64,000 nucleotides of DNA from Nitrospirales bacterium (GTDB lineage: Bacteria; Nitrospirota; Nitrospiria; Nitrospirales; UBA8639). The notes under the pieces were generated by a model. It did not search any database and was not told the DNA's origin. It saw only the letters and a program-made list of their open reading frames with translations. The stretch's first letter is position 1, and each line of letters starts with the position of its first letter. The stretch lies in contig OY729426.1 of NCBI GenBank assembly GCA_963422365.1, forward strand, positions 1,563,380 through 1,627,379, read 5' to 3'. The position numbers and the translations under genes were made by a program. Below, piece after piece: positions 62,543 to 64,000 of this stretch.

Positions 62543-64000
62543 ATGGCGCAGACAAACATCAATAGTGCAATTGCCAACAAGGCGGTCCTCCGACCAATTG
62601 AGCATGTGGCGAAGGAAAAATTAGGGCTTGATCGAGAGGACTTGGACCTCTATGGAAAATATAAAGCCAAAATTCCGTTGTCAGTGCTCAACGCTTTGCA
62701 TGAAAAACCCGACGGGAAATTAATATTGATGACGGCCATGACGCCCACCACGGCCGGAGAAGGCAAAACCACGACGTCCGTCGGCTTAACCGACGGTTTG
62801 GCGAAGATCGGGAAAAAAGTGATGGTGGCCTTGCGGGAACCGAGTTTGGGGCCGTGTTTTGGCATGAAAGGCGGCGCATGCGGAGGCGGGTACGCCCAAG
62901 TCGTGCCGATGACCGATATCAATCTCCACTTTACGGGAGATTTCCACGCCATTACCTCAGCGCATAATCTGCTCTCGGCGATGGTGGATAACCATGTGTA
63001 TTGGAGGCATGAACCTCTTTTGGATGCGAGGTACATTACCTGGCGGCGGACCATGGATATGAACGACCGGTCGTTACGCCAAATCGTCACGGGGTTGGGC
63101 GCTGCCGCGAATGGCTTTGCCAGGGAAGGGCATTTCGACATCACGGCGGCCTCTGAGGTCATGGCGGTGTTGTGTCTGGCAACGGATTTACACGATTTGC
63201 GACGACGGTTGGGGAACATCAAAGTCGGACAAATTCCGCACAAAGAATTTGTCTTTGCCAACGATATAAAAGCACCGGGTGCCATGACCGCGTTGTTGAA
63301 AGATGCGTTCAATCCCAATTTGGTTCAGACCTTGGAACGGAATCCCGCCTTTGTGCATGGTGGACCATTTGGCAATATTGCGCATGGGTGTAATTCGGTC
63401 GTTGCCACGAAGGCGGCGTTGAAATTGGCGGAGTACGTCGTGACCGAAGCAGGGTTTGGTGCCGACCTGGGTGGGGAGAAATTTTTTAACATCAAATGTC
63501 GGCAGGCAGGGTTAACGCCGGACTGTGCCGTGGTGGTGGCAACAGTCAAAGCTTTAAAACTGCATGGAGGAGTCAATCCCCAAGAGCTGACAACGGAAAA
63601 TCTTGAGGCACTCAAACACGGCCTGCCGAATTTAGTGCGGCACCTGGACAATATAAAAAAATTCGGCGTGCCCGTGGTCGTGGCCATTAATCGATTCACG
63701 AGCGATACCAAGGCCGAATTGGACCTGGTGCATGAAATCTGTGCCGGTTGTGGAGTGAACGTGGCCTTGGCGAATCATTGGGCCCAAGGAGGGGAGGGAG
63801 GCATCGCGTTAGCGGAATTGGTGGTGAAGACGATCCAAGACGAGCCTGCCGACTTTCATCCCCTCTATGTTGACGACCTGCCGCTTGCTGAAAAAGTCCG
63901 GATCGTGTCGCAAGAGATTTATGGTGCGGATGATGCGGAGATTCCTTCAGCCGTACTCAAACGATTTGAGGAATTGGAAACCCGGGGCTATGGCCGCTTT
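62543..64000 (+). CDS. fhs: Formate--tetrahydrofolate ligase (3'-truncated by window edge; absent from supplied ORF track)
   Basis: Hand translation from ATG 62543 (after GAGGTGAAAG) stays open to base 64000. It reads ...[12 protein letters not shown]...[16 protein letters not shown]...[25 protein letters not shown]...[16 protein letters not shown].... The minus-strand track ORFs here are antisense artefacts. Confidence 0.95.
   Translation, partial: MAQTNINSAIANKAVLRPIEHVAKEKLGLDREDLDLYGKYKAKIPLSVLNALHEKPDGKLILMTAMTPTTAGEGKTTTSVGLTDGLAKIGKKVMVALREPSLGPCFGMKGGACGGGYAQVVPMTDINLHFTGDFHAITSAHNLLSAMVDNHVYWRHEPLLDARYITWRRTMDMNDRSLRQIVTGLGAAANGFAREGHFDITAASEVMAVLCLATDLHDLRRRLGNIKVGQIPHKEFVFANDIKAPGAMTALLKDAFNPNLVQTLERNPAFVHGGPFGNIAHGCNSVVATKAALKLAEYVVTEAGFGADLGGEKFFNIKCRQAGLTPDCAVVVATVKALKLHGGVNPQELTTENLEALKHGLPNLVRHLDNIKKFGVPVVVAINRFTSDTKAELDLVHEICAGCGVNVALANHWAQGGEGGIALAELVVKTIQDEPADFHPLYVDDLPLAEKVRIVSQEIYGADDAEIPSAVLKRFEELETRGYGRF

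Noticed and set aside
62650-63711. Minus-strand ORFs of 222, 128, 65 and 63 aa
   Set aside because: They are antisense shadows of fhs. The plus frame from 62543 carries unmistakable formate-THF ligase motifs and was missed by the track only because it has no stop inside the window.

Overview
Roughly 64 kb of chromosome from a diderm (Gram-negative-type) bacterium; the lineage cannot be fixed from sequence alone. About 50 kb is ordinary, syntenic housekeeping DNA.

Gene order, left to right:
- End of the ribosomal-protein/alpha operon: secY-adk-map-infA-rpmJ-rpsM-rpsK-rpsD-rpoA-rplQ.
- lptC-lptA-lptB-rpoN-rapZ.
- pilMNOP followed directly by aroC-aroB.
- A GAF-GAF-ANTAR regulator followed by nadE-glnD.
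- A small accessory patch: PIN/TRAM protein, BrnT/BrnA, zinc-ribbon mini-genes.
- A long minus-strand TonB-dependent uptake locus: TonB, secreted protein, ExbB, ExbD, DUF2141, TonB-dependent receptor, giant membrane SpeE-like/TPR protein, secreted tandem CbiX-like protein.
- An AraC/MacAB-type efflux operon.
- An operon of porin, lipoprotein, FMN-binding protein and 4-TM membrane protein, next to lipoprotein-apbE.
- fur-fbpABC plus a His-rich Spy/CpxP-like gene.
- A disrupted CDF transporter, a Panacea-domain protein, comEA, an M32 carboxypeptidase, an O-methyltransferase remnant, tag, an EEP nuclease and the 5' part of fhs.

Two genes are absent from the supplied ORF track: rpmJ (too short) and fhs (runs off the window).

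Main points of interest:
1. A candidate envelope-spanning flavin-based redox module: ApbE, a secreted FMN_bind protein with a TGAT flavinylation motif, a His-bearing 4-TM protein and a porin.
2. A secreted four-half-domain CbiX-like chelatase interrupted by one in-frame TGA, sitting inside a TonB/TBDR locus that has a Fur-box-like site.
3. An ANTAR regulator followed by a strong terminator that abuts nadE. A competing AxxGxx hexaloop hairpin overlaps the terminator's 5' arm.
4. Two diverged paralogues of a Com-like zinc-ribbon mini-protein.
5. An orphan Panacea-domain protein.
6. Several families of short palindromic mosaic repeats filling many intergenic spacers, including spacers inside operons.
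7. Several single-base gene disruptions (rapZ, czcD x2, a lipoprotein), three of the four at homopolymer runs. These may be assembly errors rather than biology.

No rRNA, tRNA, CRISPR array, transposase or integrase was recognised.
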